DNA from: Octopus sinensis
Taxonomy: Eukaryota
Assembly (NCBI RefSeq): GCF_006345805.1
Contig: NC_042997.1
Coordinates: 28,024,001-28,088,000 of the forward strand
Direction: 5' to 3'
Length of the DNA: 64,000 nt
Shown here: piece after piece, positions 1-13,532 of the stretch
Numbering within the stretch: position 1 is the stretch's first letter
Layout: every line of letters begins with the position of its first letter
Notes under the pieces: model-generated
What the model was told of the DNA's origin: nothing
The model's database searches: none
Seen by the model: only the letters and a program-made list of their open reading frames with translations
Position numbers and translations under genes: made by a program

Positions 1-549
1 ACAGATTTGTAACGCCTGATAGCTTTTGTGTGCTTGACAGAAGACATTGAATTTTTAAAAAAATGTTGAAGAAAACTTTTAAAAAGCAACGATGAAGTTA
101 TAAGTAGGAAACAAAAAACATTTATTCTGTCTCAGCTAATCGTTTATTTTGAAGCACAAAATATATTTAACATAAGAAGCTGAAAGAATATTTTTTTAAA
201 ATTCAAAATTTAAGACAAATTAATAATTGCTTAGAAGAATCTGTTGCTAAAAAGAAAATAAAAAGTTAGCACCAACATTGATTTCCATAGTAAAAATTGA
301 TTACGATATATTATATTTGAAAGTTACCATCACAATGGTTTATTTTTATTGAATACAATGGAAAATGTTAAAAACTTGCATTTTGTTCTATTGCCTTGTA
401 TATACAATAATATACGTAAATTGCTTACTATTACTATTGTTAATCAATTATACGCACACACACACATATACATACACTTATATAATATATATATGTGTGT
501 GTGTGTATGTGTATATATCTATATCTATCTATCTATCTATCTACCTATA

Positions 550-596
<47 letters not shown>

Positions 597-2557
597 GAAT
601 ATACATAAATGCATATATACACGCATACACACGAACAGACTCACACATGTATATTTACATTAATACATAAGATGTATATATACATATATACATACATATT
701 GCTACACACATATTTGTGTGATAAACTGAGTGGTGGAATGGGGAAAAATACTGATATATCAGTCTAGTGTTTCCATTCAATTCGTACTGTGTGGTAGTCA
801 GGAAGGGTCGAGTAAAAACCACGTATACTTGTTAGTTTTACATTTTGTCAAAAAAAAAAAAAAATGCGTTTATTTTCGTTCAGAACGTATACCGAATAAA
901 CTAAATACTGCAACCCATTTTATCTCTAGTTCTCCCGATACAGCTTACCACCGCCCTTAATTAGTGATTTTTTTTTGCAAAAGCTTAGATACACACATTC
1001 AGGTGGAGGGGGATAACACTTATTAAATTGACGTCTGTACTTGTCTGTAACTGATTTACTCCAGAGAAATATAACAGAAAGTTCACTATGGTAGGGTTTG
1101 AACTAGCGTTGTAAAGCAACACAACTGGTTAATGCAACTTCTTTTTTTTCCGCGCTTTGTCGCAACAATAAAAATTCATTAAAAAATTATGCTCTTCGTC
1201 ATGGCTAGCATACTATTTGCCTGATGTTGGTTCCGGTGACACTACTGGCACTCTATCGATTATGACGACAAGGGTCCAGTTGATTCCGTCAACAAAACAA
1301 CATTCAAATGAAATTAACATACACCTGACTAAGAACCACACAAACACGCATATCCTTAACATAGTTCTCAAGGAGACTAGAGTGACACAGAAGGTAACAA
1401 GGCTGGCCCTTTGAATTACAAGTTCAACTGATTTTTGCAAGCTGAGTTGACTAGAACAATGTGAAATAAAGTGTTTTGTTCGAGAACTTAACCCTCCACC
1501 GGGTTTGGAGCCGAATTCCCTAACCACTTAGTCACACGCCTTCCAGTGACATAAAATGCAGGGTCCAACCATAGGGATATTCAAACGCAGAACCTGGAGT
1601 TATGAAATGCATTATATGGTAGATACCGTCGACAACCTGCTTCTATTCTCAGCCCATATTCTGTTTATTTGGACTGGACGCACAAGTACAAAGCTTTCCA
1701 TCTGCGGTGAACACAGACGACTAGTTTTAAATTTAGTTTATCAAAAATGTTATTATGACCAAATAAATTATTAATTGTTTTTGTTTTGTTACTATATGAT
1801 CAATATTATTCAACCACTGATCTTTCTAAATTTTTTTTTATCTAATTATCCCTGCGTTGATATAACAACATTTTTTTTTCTAAAGTGTTCACGGTTTTCT
1901 AAGACTGTAGGTTGTGATTTCAGGAAGATTTGGTTGCTATTTCTAGGTCGAACGACCAAGTAAATATTCATTCGCTGTCTTAAATATTAGATATGAATGA
2001 ATCATATTATTTGTATACAAACGCAAATTAAGGATATCTTTCAGTGTTCTAAACAACCATAATAATATTTATAAATAACTTGTATTTGAAATGATACTTT
2101 TTTACAGGAAGAGAGTACTAATTTTATGAGAAGACACGTATTGTTCATTGAAAGAAAACTAGTTGATCGATTAGTTTGCAATATTTACTTTTACGCTCCC
2201 GTACAATGTAAGTTCGAATTTAACTGAGATCGATAGTTATCTGTTATACGTCCTGGGTCGGCAACGCGTACAGCAGTTTTAAAATAATGATTAAATCTAT
2301 TACAAAACACAAAGTTGCAAATAATACATTCTTTATAGGTACTCACACACACACACATGTATACGTATTGTTCTTAGTTGTGTTTACTTCTGTCTATCAT
2401 TCACTCTCTTACCTTCTTATACTGTCTTACATACGAGATTTTTCTTTTTTTTTTACATTGCACACCACAGCTTCTGCACCATATCCCAACCCCTCTCTTT
2501 CTCACTTTCGATATCTACCTCATACACACACCGGTACACACACGTTTCACATCTTAC

Positions 2558-3150
2558 CTGTTATATATTCAGATGCTGCGTTCCATTCTTTCGTCCAGTC
2601 CTTTGCACAGATTTTTACATGAGGTAGTCAACCGGTAAATTTTGTCCTCGTCTCGCTGATGAATTTAAAAATTACCGTCCGTTCACCCATTACGGAGAAG
2701 CGAGAAATTTGATGATACTGAAAGAACTGATGGTGGTTGTGGTGGTGGTAGTGGAGGTGGTGATGGAGGTGTTCATAGCGGTGGCGCGGTGACTGACGCC
2801 TGTTGTTTAAGTGGTTCTAATAATGATGATGTTTATAAGGATGAGAACGAGAAGAAGAGGTGAAAGTGATTATGGAGATATTAAACTGCAATAAGTGATT
2901 ACATTACTTTCTATATAAGAACATATATATATATATGTGTGCGTGGGGGGGGGGGTTGTGTGTGTGTATGTATGTATGTATATATATACAGTGGGGAAGA
3001 GAGGGAATAGTGGAGGAGAAAATGGAAGTGACAGAGTAAGGAAGTCAAACGGGGAGACAAGGACGCTATTAGTTTTACGAAGAAATGATTATTTCGCTGT
3101 GCTGCAACTCATGCAGAACTATGTACGCATGTATGTTTATGTGTGTATAT

Positions 3151-3205
<55 letters not shown>

Positions 3206-3960
3206 CAAAATCACACACAATACGTAGGTAGATAAATAGGTAGTTTTATAGAGAGAAAGAGAGAGAGAAAGAGCGAAAGAGAGAGAGAGTAGTCCTTGCT
3301 CAGTGGAAATTTATCTGTTCATCTATGTATAAAACTGTATAAAGTGAAACGTTAATATATATATATGTATATATAGCCGGTGTGTGGCTCGTGTAAGTGT
3401 AAGTGTTTGTGTATGTACGTACTAACCTATGTATGTGTATATGTATGAATATGAAATTGTGTGTGTATATATTGTCTTCCAAAGAGTAAAACACCTCCGA
3501 GTGTTAAGACAAAACTAAGAATAACATAAAACTTTTTTCATCATCTTCTTCTTCTTCTCCTTCTTCTTAAGAAAGATAAAAAAAAAATGGAAATGAATGA
3601 AAGAACAAGGAAGCAATAACGGAAGAGGAATCAGAAATTAATAAAAGGCAAAAAAAAAAAAAAATAATAATAATAAAGAAAAAAAAATTATTGGGAGTAA
3701 AAAAGAAATTGAGGAAGAAGCGAGTACGTGAGAGAAGTCAGAAGCGACGAGGAAAAGGCAGAGAGAGATACAGAGAGACAGAAACAAAAAAGAGGAAGAG
3801 GGAAAGATTGAAGAATAAGAACCAAGGTGGAAGTTGCACTGGAGTCTACTACGAACGGCGTGTTTGGCTCATGGTCGGCAGTCTTTCGCGTCGTCAGTCA
3901 GTCTGCCTGTCTGTCGATTGGTCGGTCTGAGAGAGTATTGTAGTGTGTGCGTGTTTGCGC
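2558..3960 (-). other. Candidate 5' (likely non-coding) first exon / promoter-proximal region of an unidentified host gene
   Basis: Minus-strand splice donor CAG|GTAAGA (exon end 2558). The upstream 1.4 kb is TE-free, keeps CpGs, and holds pyrimidine/CAC tracts typical of long 5' UTRs. No downstream exon identified and the 5' boundary is a guess. Confidence 0.3.
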
Positions 3961-4143
3961 TGATGGTGGTAGTGGTGGTGGTGGTGAACATAGTGGAATC
4001 TGTATGTATGTGAGTGTGTATGTGTACGCGAACACATATGTTGTTAGTGTGGTGGTGTTGTGATTGATGGTAGTGGCGATGATGATAAATGCAACGGTAC
4101 GGTACATATAATTTCTACATATGTATGCATAGGTAAAAAGGTA

Positions 4144-4189
<46 letters not shown>

Positions 4190-4235
4190 ACACACAGATA
4201 CACACAGATACACGCACTCACACGCACTCAAGCAA

Positions 4236-4268
<33 letters not shown>

Positions 4269-4469
4269 CAAACACAAGCAAACACACGCACACACTTATA
4301 TATGTGAGTATGCGTGTGAGTGTGTGCGCGCGCGCTTGTTTATATCTATGTATACAAACACTAGCGCGCGCGTATATATATATATATATGTGCGCGTGTA
4401 TAGTTTGTGTCTGTGTGTTTGTATGTTTATAAGAAATATATGGTAAGAAATAGGAATACAAGAAAATGA

Positions 4470-4553
4470 AGAAAAACGAAGAGGAAGTAGAAGAAGAAGA
4501 AGAAGAAAAGAAGAAGAAGAAGAAGAAGAAGAAGAAGAAGAAGAAGAAGAAGG
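4470..4553. repeat. (GAA)n microsatellite
   Basis: Direct reading of the sequence. Confidence 0.95.
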
Positions 4554-5161
4554 ACGAGGGAGATGAGGGAGGAAAGAAAAAAGGAAGAAAGAAAAATTGA
4601 TGATAAAGAAGTAAAAAAGAAAAACAAGAACTATATTTGTGAGAATAAGCGTGTATGTATCTCTGTATGTGTGTGTGTCTGTGTGTGTGTGTGTGTATTT
4701 CCAAGATCTGCTTGCCTGTCTGGCTGTCTTCTCTCACTGACTAAACTGCGTTGCCTGTTTTTGTTGTTGTTTTTTTGTTGTTTTTAATATCTTACAATGG
4801 AGATATTCAGTGTTAACGTCGCCAGGCAAGCAAAAGTAATCTGTTGCAGGGAAACAACAACAACTACAGCAACAACAGCAACTACAACAACAACAACAAC
4901 AACAACAACAACAGGTGAAGTAAAGGAGCCAAACAGAATAACAAAAATCTATACAAAGAAGTAAGATAAACTTAAACCATGAAGGTAAAATACACACATA
5001 CACTCACGCATGTACCCACACACACATGTACACACACACGCATGTACACACACAAGGTATGTATATATATATGTATATTATGTATACATATATATATGTA
5101 TATATATATATAGAGAGAGAGATACACACACACACACATATATATATATATACATATATAT

Positions 5162-5200
<39 letters not shown>

Positions 5201-5238
<38 letters not shown>

Positions 5239-5287
5239 ATAACCATCTATCTGTCTATCTATCTTCTATCTATCTATCTATATAACC

Positions 5288-5356
<69 letters not shown>
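5201..5356. repeat. (ATCT)n microsatellite with interruptions
   Basis: Direct reading of the sequence. Confidence 0.95.
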
Positions 5357-5357
<1 letters not shown>

Positions 5358-5727
5358 ATATATATATATAATATATATATATATATAATATATATATATA
5401 TACAAGCATATATTTATGTGTGTGTGTGTGTTTGATTGTCGTGTGTGTGCAACAGACTGCAAAATAATGGAAAATAGTCAGTGAAGCCTCAACGCTTTTG
5501 GAACGGAGAAGCGTGTTTCTTATACGCTCCATTCAGCCCAACAAAAAAACATTTACTTGTGAGGAGGTACACGTGAGCGTGCGTGCGTGCGCACTCGCTC
5601 GTTCTCACTGGCACACGAACATATGGTCATGAATTTAAGAAGTTCAGTCCGAAACTATGTAGTTTACGTTCGTGAATGAAACCTGGCAGACAGAATCAGT
5701 GAGAAAATCCGTTTTCCGTATGCGTGC

Positions 5728-5768
<41 letters not shown>

Positions 5769-6560
5769 TATATGTGTGTGTGTGTGTGTGTGCGTGTGTG
5801 TGTGTGTGTGCATGAGTATGTGTGTTTGGGTAGGGTCTAAGGTTTTTTGTCAGTGCATGTGCTTCTGCTCTTCATTTATGTCATGTAATCTAGCGGTTCG
5901 GCAAAGAGATTGAATATAATAGCTTGTGGCTATTGTTGTTGTTAAGCAACAGGACATGTAAGGGTGATTAGGAGAGGGTCTAGGGCTTAGGGGCGGGAGA
6001 CCCCAGACCTTGGGAAAAAAAACCCAAAAAACTTTGGTCGTCTTGTTGTAGTCGAGGGCTCTTCGTTGACGCCCGACACCACTGGGGGCGGCCCTCGAAT
6101 TTGCTAGAAATGGAGATCTCGAGGTACAAATTCTTGAACGGCATAATAGCTTGTGGGTGGATATGATCATATAACCTTTTAATGAAAAGGAAATATTCCT
6201 TATGGGTGTGTTGTGCATGGTAAATATATACAGTGCAGATTCTCAGATATGTAATGCAGTATGTTTAAAAACTTCTTTTAAAGATGAGACTTGTCATTAA
6301 AATATAAATAAAATCTCTCGGTTAGGTTTTGTAGCCACATCAAGGGAGATAATTCCAATAGCATAATCTAAATTTACAGACCATGAAAACAAAGTAGTGG
6401 ATCATGTAACATCTTTCATGTGATGACCACCAGACACGCATAGATTTTTAAGGAGATTTTCTCTACGAAAATTTGATACTGCCACCTTCATCAGAGAGTA
6501 TATTATTCAGGATTCACGTCGTTACATAGGTCTAGGTAATCCTTTATGATTATTATTATT

Positions 6561-6761
6561 TTACTCTTTTACACGTTTCAGAGATTTGACGTCTGCCATG
6601 CTGGAGCACCGCCTTTAGTCGGAGGAATCGACCTGGGGACTTACCCTTTGTCAGCCTAGTACTTATGTTTTCAGTCTTTTTTGCCGAACCGGTAGTTTTC
6701 GGGGACATAAACACAACATCGGTTGGCAAGCGATGGATGAGGGACAAACAGACACGAGGAA

Positions 6762-6826
<65 letters not shown>

Positions 6827-6990
6827 CATATACATATACACACACACGACGGGCTTCTTTCAATTTCCATCTACCGAATCCAGTCATAAGTGTTTGGTTG
6901 GACCGAGTATATAGCAGAAGAGACTTGAACCAAGGTACCACGTAGTGGGACTGAACCCGGAACCATGTGATTGGGAAGCAAGCTTCTCAC
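6561..6990 (-). mobile_element. tRNA-derived SINE, family A (internal CA/AT microsatellite)
   Basis: Co-linear with the copies at 30585-31022 and 43320-43712: B-box-like GGTTCAGTCCC in the head, central CA repeat, tail GGCGGTGCTCCAGCATGG. Resembles octopus tRNA-SINEs from memory. Confidence 0.85.
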
Positions 6991-7440
6991 AGGTTAAGGA
7001 AGTGGCTAAGTCTGTTAGTTTCACAGGCTGCGCTTGACATAAATCTGTTTTCATTTGAGATCTTTCAGAAAAGGTATGTTTATGCAGATTGAATGTAATT
7101 CTTTGCAGGCATCATTGATCGTTTTATTTTTGTGGATTTTGAGAAATCCGTAGAAGAAATTGGTTTTGAATATAAAATGTGTTAGATAACCAGTTTCTTT
7201 ATTAGCTAAGCCTTTTCCATGCTGGTTTATGAGAATGGTAAGTTTAGTAATTTTCTCCGCTGTTTGTTTTTAGGTTGTGTCTTGAAGTAGAGTTAATGCG
7301 GCATTTTTTGTATTGTTCAATATTCATAATAACTATAGAACGTCCCTTATCAACTTCTTTATAACTATGATATTGATTTTTTTGTTTTTGTAGGTCATAT
7401 GTGGTTAGTATCCTTACCTTACTGAACTACGGGATGAATC
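6991..7440 (-). mobile_element. Penelope-like element RT N-terminal fragment (decayed)
   Basis: Minus strand translates FYGFLKIHKNKTINDAC...AACETNRLSHFL, matching the PLE FYGLPKIHK motif and the homologous segment of the PLE at ~54.2 kb (FFYGLHKINKSNIFNEVC). Confidence 0.65.
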
Positions 7441-7851
7441 TCGTATTTTGTAGAAAATTAAGAATAACAGAACCTTTCGATAAAGAAAGCATTGATCAAT
7501 GCACTATGCAAAACAAAAGCGATTAGAACCCAACAGAAGGAAGAAAAAAAACATCACTCGACGTATTTTCTAAGGATCTTCAAGTTCCAAAGCTGAATCC
7601 ACCATTAGCCGAAGAGAATGGAAAACTATATCTCTCTTTTCTGTCATAAGATACAGTCAATGGAGAAAAGCGTTTTATGTGAATTTCTCGCGCGAGTGAT
7701 GCATGGCTTTATCAATTTGTATGTTATTGGATAGCTGTCTGAGCCATAAATCTACTTCTAAAAGAAATTATTTTTATAACAACAGTGACGTAACTCCATA
7801 TACCATACACTTTTGAAAATCTATGGTGAAAGCGTAAAGTGTATTCCTATA

Positions 7852-8147
7852 TCTTTATATATAAAAATGAAGTTGTGTGTCTGTCTCCTACGATTTAGAT
7901 TCCTAACTACTCCTACATTTTGCGGTGCAGTTTAACCAAAACCGGGGATCTTATAGTCGTGATTCATATCGAGCCCTTCTGGGTATTAGCGCGCGTCTAC
8001 GATGAGTCTACGATTTAAAAAAAAATTTACCATCATTTTTTTCCATTTTAGTGCATTTTTTTTGCTATTTTTTGGCTATAACTCTCTAAAAATGCTTATA
8101 TAGTTATTTCCCTTACAAACCCGAGCAACACCGGGCGATACTTCTAG
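7852..8147 (+). mobile_element. Short non-autonomous Helitron
   Basis: A|TC 5' end at 7852, subterminal hairpin CCCG-AGCAACAC-CGGG, CTAG|T 3' end at 8147; inserted between A and T with no TSD. Confidence 0.8.
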
Positions 8148-8424
8148 TTTTAAAATATAATTAGATTCTAATTAATTCTAATATGCTCTCAGTGCATTTT
8201 CAACATGATTTCTTCTATTCCTCCCCTGGCTTTGGATTAATAACAATATATATAAATAAAGCGCTTCACTTCAAGTTGCTCTGCGATCTTTTCGTCATCT
8301 GAGAGGTGGCACACTGTGCACCTGGACAGGTAATGTCGATTTGATGGAGGGAGTGAGTTTATGTGAACACAAAATATTTGATCACTATAAACAAATCATC
8401 TGTGTGGTTGTTCGGCAAGAAATT

Positions 8425-8724
8425 TTATTCTTTATTAGCCAATAGGACCGACATAGAGAGACAATACAGGGTAGACAAGAACAATTAGGGGTCTACAACA
8501 GGATTGAATGGGCGAATGGGAGAATGAAAAGAAATAACAAGATAAAAATTAGACATGGTATAATGATGAGACAAGATGAAATGTTGAGTATGAAGACCCC
8601 ACAAGCCTGGTCCCAGCACTACTCTCACGCAGGAGACTACGGTAATATGTTTAAGTTGGCCACATTCATGCTCAGTGATCACGCCACTTGCATCCATCTA
8701 GTCCTGAACTCACGCCGCAGTAAC

Positions 8725-8757
<33 letters not shown>

Positions 8758-11700
8758 GCCTTATTTTTCTTTTCAGGCGGTATGTAACATAGTTTATTAA
8801 ACCATGGTCAGCGAGAAAGTTGCCTGTATTAATTATTTTCACTCTCGTCAACCACTTGACCCCTTTCGTTATAGCCGCCAAGCAGAGGAAAATCGCCTGC
8901 CTTTCCTGGCCAAGGAAAAGAAGTGGGACAATCTTGATGACGGACTCAGTTGACAACTGTACTTCTCCTAAACGTGACAGCAGGTGTTCTACGTAAATCC
9001 ATAGATCCGAAATCAACTATTAGGCGGTAGGTGATGACGGATGCGATAAACACATTTGCTACATCCGCCCTCCCTTTCAGGGACGCTTTCGATTCGGCCC
9101 ATTTCTGGGTGAGATTGGCCACCCTGCTCGTAACCTCACCCCAGTTTCTCTCTATTTGGAGATCCAGGCCGAACCAGCTCCGAGCAATTTCCTCGGGCCA
9201 TCTGTCCAACGTCCAACGACATTGATAGGTGGCATCGACCTGCCTCTTCAGGTGCTGTGCTGCAGGCCGACCGACTTATTACGGTTTATTTTTGTCCCTG
9301 ATACTTTTTCGCACTCTTTAGTGCATCACCTACTAGATGCAGGTGTCTGTTACAGGATACGATGCCGATGGTGTCGTCCGCATACGCTGTTACTGTCCTT
9401 CCGCACCCTATATCACGCGGGACGCCCCTCAAGGCCTCCAATTTCTGTAGTAATGCTCGAGGGACAGAACATACAGAGGGAGAATAGGGTACATCCTTGG
9501 CGGACAGACGCACAATACTGAACGGCTCTGAGAGATGATCGTTCATCCGAACTCTTAATTTAATGTTCCCGTTTAAGGCGGTGATTCAACCGCGTAAGTC
9601 CGGGCCAAACCAGGCCGCTTCGAGGACTGCCGCCAGATAGCGATGGTCAACCCTACCGAATACTTTAGACTGATCGAAATGTATCAGTATCCCTCCCATG
9701 CCAGGATTGTTAACCATTCTGTCTATGGTGTATTGTACGAAGCGGAGGTTGCCGTGGATCCTTCTGGATGGGATGGCGCATGTTTGCACCCTCCCAACCA
9801 ATTTGTCGACGAAAAGATTCAACCTCTTGCTTAGCACCTTGGCCAAAATATTCAGCTATGCATTAAGCAGAGTGATAGAACTAAAGTTATCTATAATGTC
9901 CCCCTTGTTTTGGTCCTTTATAACCAGCACCACTGTTCCTCGGCTCACACAACTAGGAATGCGCTCATTCTGCTGCCAGTTGGCGTAGATATTTGTCAGT
10001 ATGTTCCCAAACAAGTCTGGCATATTACAATAGAACTCGTACGGCAGACCATCTAGACCCGGCGATTTGCCCCAATGCAGCCCGATAGAGCCTCTTCTAC
10101 CTCCACAGCTGTGATCGGCCCTTCACAGCTCTCCGCCTCCTGCGCTGAGAGTTGCGGCGCACCAACCAGGAAGTCCGAGGAGTCCATCTCGCGATCCGGC
10201 CTACCACTATTCCCGAAAAGCTGAGTGAAGTGCTGGTGAAGGATCTTACACATTTTGCCGGGTTCGTTAACCGTGCATCCATTTTTGTCAACCAAAGACC
10301 ATATGTTGAGTTCATTGCCACGTTGGATCTCTAATAAGCGGGTCTATCACGCGAAATTAATTTCCCCTTGTCTCATAGCACGTAACAATACAACTTTTGT
10401 GCTTGGCATTGAGGTCTTGCTCTAGGGCCAATCTCGCTACCAACACGTTAGAAGCATTGCCAGATTTTAGAGCCTCTTCTTGTGTTCTAAGTCTCTTTCT
10501 ATTCTATTTTTTCTAATGCTAAAACTTTGCTATATCTACGTGACACAAATTTAATGGCTCTTTTTAGGGCGTACCACCAGTTGCTATTGATAATGGCTCT
10601 GGTTTACGCCCTAGTTTTCACTAATTCTCTAATCCGATCCCTTTAGGCTTTGCACACCAGGAGTGACGTGTTTAGCTTCCAGTAACCGAGGCCCTGTCTA
10701 CAAAATCTATCTAAGTCAATCTTACAGATCACAAACTTGTGATCTGTATAGCTGACGATCTGGAATTGTGGACAACTAACGCAGATTTGTCAACTAACCT
10801 AATGAATACTCCATCTAAGTAGTATCTGGGAGACCCAGAGCTGTTGGTCCATGTCCCCATAGGAGCATTCGGGTGATCCATTCTAAACCTATCAGCCAGC
10901 TGAAAGCGACTGAGCAGGTTAGTGAAGTAAGTATTGCCTCTTCCATTTGGAATTGAGCCAACACAATCCATATACAATCCGCACGTGCATCTAGGATTGT
11001 ATTAAAATCACCAACAAGCACTAACTTGCGAGATGTCCCAAGGAAAGCTTCTAGACGTCTGAAGTAGTTAGATTGCCCCATGTCGTTTGTAGCATAAACT
11101 GCAGCCAGTGTGAAGGCGCTGCCACTCCTATGTTTCGCGTCCACGACGATCAACTTGCCTTCTCGGTCCACAAAGATTGTCTTCATTTCTAAATCTAGGC
11201 CTTTTCTGTAATAAAACCACAATACCTTCGCCTCCTCTAGACTGCCTTGGAGATATGTAGATTATATGACCATTATATGACTTTTTGTGGTAGTGTTTGT
11301 GCTGGATGTTGTGGGGTTTTGTTTGATGGTGCTATCCGTCGGGGTTTTACTTGTTTTGGTCTCTGATGCGGGGCTTGTTGGTGGTATTGGGTTGGCGTTG
11401 GTTTTCTTGGCAAGGTGTTTTGGAGGCACGTCTGGTGGAGGGTGGCCCATTTCTAGGTTATCCAATTCGGAAGAGCTTCTAATGTGGACCTTTTGACCAC
11501 ATTTGTAACATCTGTGTCATCGAACCTCCACCATGACTCAGAGGGCTCTGCCATCTGGTAACTTTATTAAGTCGGGAATAATTTCGAGGTCCTCTTGTGT
11601 GGCCTGTGTTATTATTTCGAGGCGTTGGCCCCATCAGTTTTGTTGGTGCAGTTTCGTGACCTGCAGTATGTAACCGCTTACAAATCCAGCAACACAGCAG

Positions 11701-12620
11701 CACGAACCACACCACGTCAATTTCTAATGGGATTTCGCCAGTTCTTATTTTAGATGTGCGTTTACCCGTATACGTGGACAGTAGCACAAGTTTGTTAGCT
11801 TTCAAATGCACTATGGAGTGTTCTTTTGCTTCTTCCTCGGAAGTGAACCGTACCTCCGCAGTGCCATATTTTTTTTACCTCTTGCAACGTATTTGGTATC
11901 GCCCCAAATGGGCTGCAGGCATTTTTCTACGGTTTCCTTTGGAATATGTTCAACTTTTTCGTTTTTAGTGAAAGAGTTCTAAGTATTATAGTTTTCTTGG
12001 CGGTTTGTTGTAATATATCACCAGTTGGGGTTACATTTATATTATTCCATTCACACGTATATTATATTATTCCCTTCACGTTTTTATATTCTTCTAGGTC
12101 AAGTTGATTAATTTTAAGGCTTTCCTGGTTTATATTTGCCACCGACGCGAACACGCGTTTGATTTGCTTAATTCATTTTCATTCTTTTCTATTGTTGTAC
12201 ATTTGGGTGTCCTTTGTAGCATTTGACGTATACTTTGGGTTTTTCTTCTGTGTTCACTTCCTCCTGTTTGTGACAGAGAAGAGCTAGAAACATTTCTTGG
12301 TACATCTCGTTAAGCTTGTTAATAGTGGGGGCGTTGTTAGTGTTTGGGCTGGAAGCTAAAATTTCAAAAATATGTAAATGAATTACACGAGAAAAAGTTG
12401 CCAAAATATTTAATTCACCCCTTAAAGGGGGAAATTCTAGACTCGATACTTCCCCTGCTAAGCAGGCTCAAAGTCGATAACACACTAACTTTACAAAAAT
12501 AACACAATCTATGGAGACAAATGGCATAACTCAGGAGAGGGAAGAAAAAACACACCCGTTCGGTAAGAAATCGTCGAACCCTCATACGCTGTCGAACGAC
12601 GGGAGAGTCATTGAAGACAT
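8425..12620 (-). mobile_element. Decayed Tx1/L1-clade LINE (ORF1 remnant, APE endonuclease, RT, 3' UTR)
   Basis: Minus frames give YLDGVFIR/LVGDFN (APE), FDQSKVFGRVDHRYL and TAYADD (RT), LKGRADVANVFIAS (C-terminal), all homologous to the plus-strand copy at 26102-29527. ORF1 remnant LKANKLVLLSTYTGKRTSKIR at ~11.8 kb; AATAAAAGAATAAAA 3' end at ~8425. 5' boundary approximate. Confidence 0.85.
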
Positions 12621-12636
12621 ATATATACATACATAT

Positions 12637-12730
<94 letters not shown>

Positions 12731-12837
12731 ATGTATAAATTAACAAACTAAGGAAAATAATTCCTTCAAATGGGTGCGTGAATCATCTAATTCACGTCAG
12801 TTGCATACTACATAAATATTGGTATATTGCAAATTGT

Positions 12838-13114
12838 GGAGGCGCAATGGCCCAGTGGTTAGGGCAGCGGTTTCGCGGTCGTAGAATCGCGGTTTCGATT
12901 CCCAGACCGGGCGTTGTGAGTGTTTATTGAGCTTCACGAAGCTCCGGCAGGAGGTGGTGGCGATCCCTGCTGTACTCTTTCCCTCACTTTTTTCTCCTGT
13001 TAACCTGCTCGCTTAACCAGCGGGGTGGTGTCATCTGAAGGTTAAAACAATGCGAAGCGCATTGTTACCAGCGATGTGTAGCAACATCTGATAGCCTGGT
13101 CAGTCACGGTGATA
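12838..13114 (+). mobile_element. tRNA-derived SINE, family B
   Basis: A-box TGGCCCAGTGG and B-box-like GGTTTCGATTCCC in a tRNA-like head, followed by a non-tRNA body. Not a cloverleaf-complete tRNA gene. Confidence 0.8.
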
Positions 13115-13466
13115 ATGCAAATTACAAATATGAAATTAAATAGAGGGATACAATTGACAAGTTAATAATTTATTTGTAACATAATATACTATGAATATAA
13201 TATAACGTTATATAGCATAAACAATGACGACGCTTAAATATAAGGCAATTGTTTATATATATAATATATAAATATATAAGTCGAAACAAACTGTAGGCCT
13301 TCTGATGTTTTAATAAGTGTTTATTTTATATGATATTATAGTATAATATAAATAAATTATTGGACTGTCAACTGTATCTCCCTATTTAATTATATATATA
13401 TATATATATAATAATATTAGGGAATATATATATATATATTATATATATATATATAATAATATTAGG

Positions 13467-13532
<66 letters not shown>

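Noticed and set aside
1213-1530. Possible PLE endonuclease tail (HSNEINIHLTKNH...CEIKCFVRELNP)
   Set aside because: Only a loose resemblance, with stops; not supportable without a search.
4850-4914. Possible poly-Gln exon (TTGCAG|...CAACAG|GTGAAG)
   Set aside because: Weak donor, no polypyrimidine tract and no neighbouring exons; explained as a (CAA)n microsatellite.
6440-6505. CTGATGA hammerhead-like motif on the minus strand
   Set aside because: No GAAA box and the cleavage triplet cannot be placed consistently with stem I.
12838-12910. Functional tRNA gene (also considered for 41968-42035)
   Set aside because: A and B boxes are present but the cloverleaf stems do not close and the sequence runs into SINE body.
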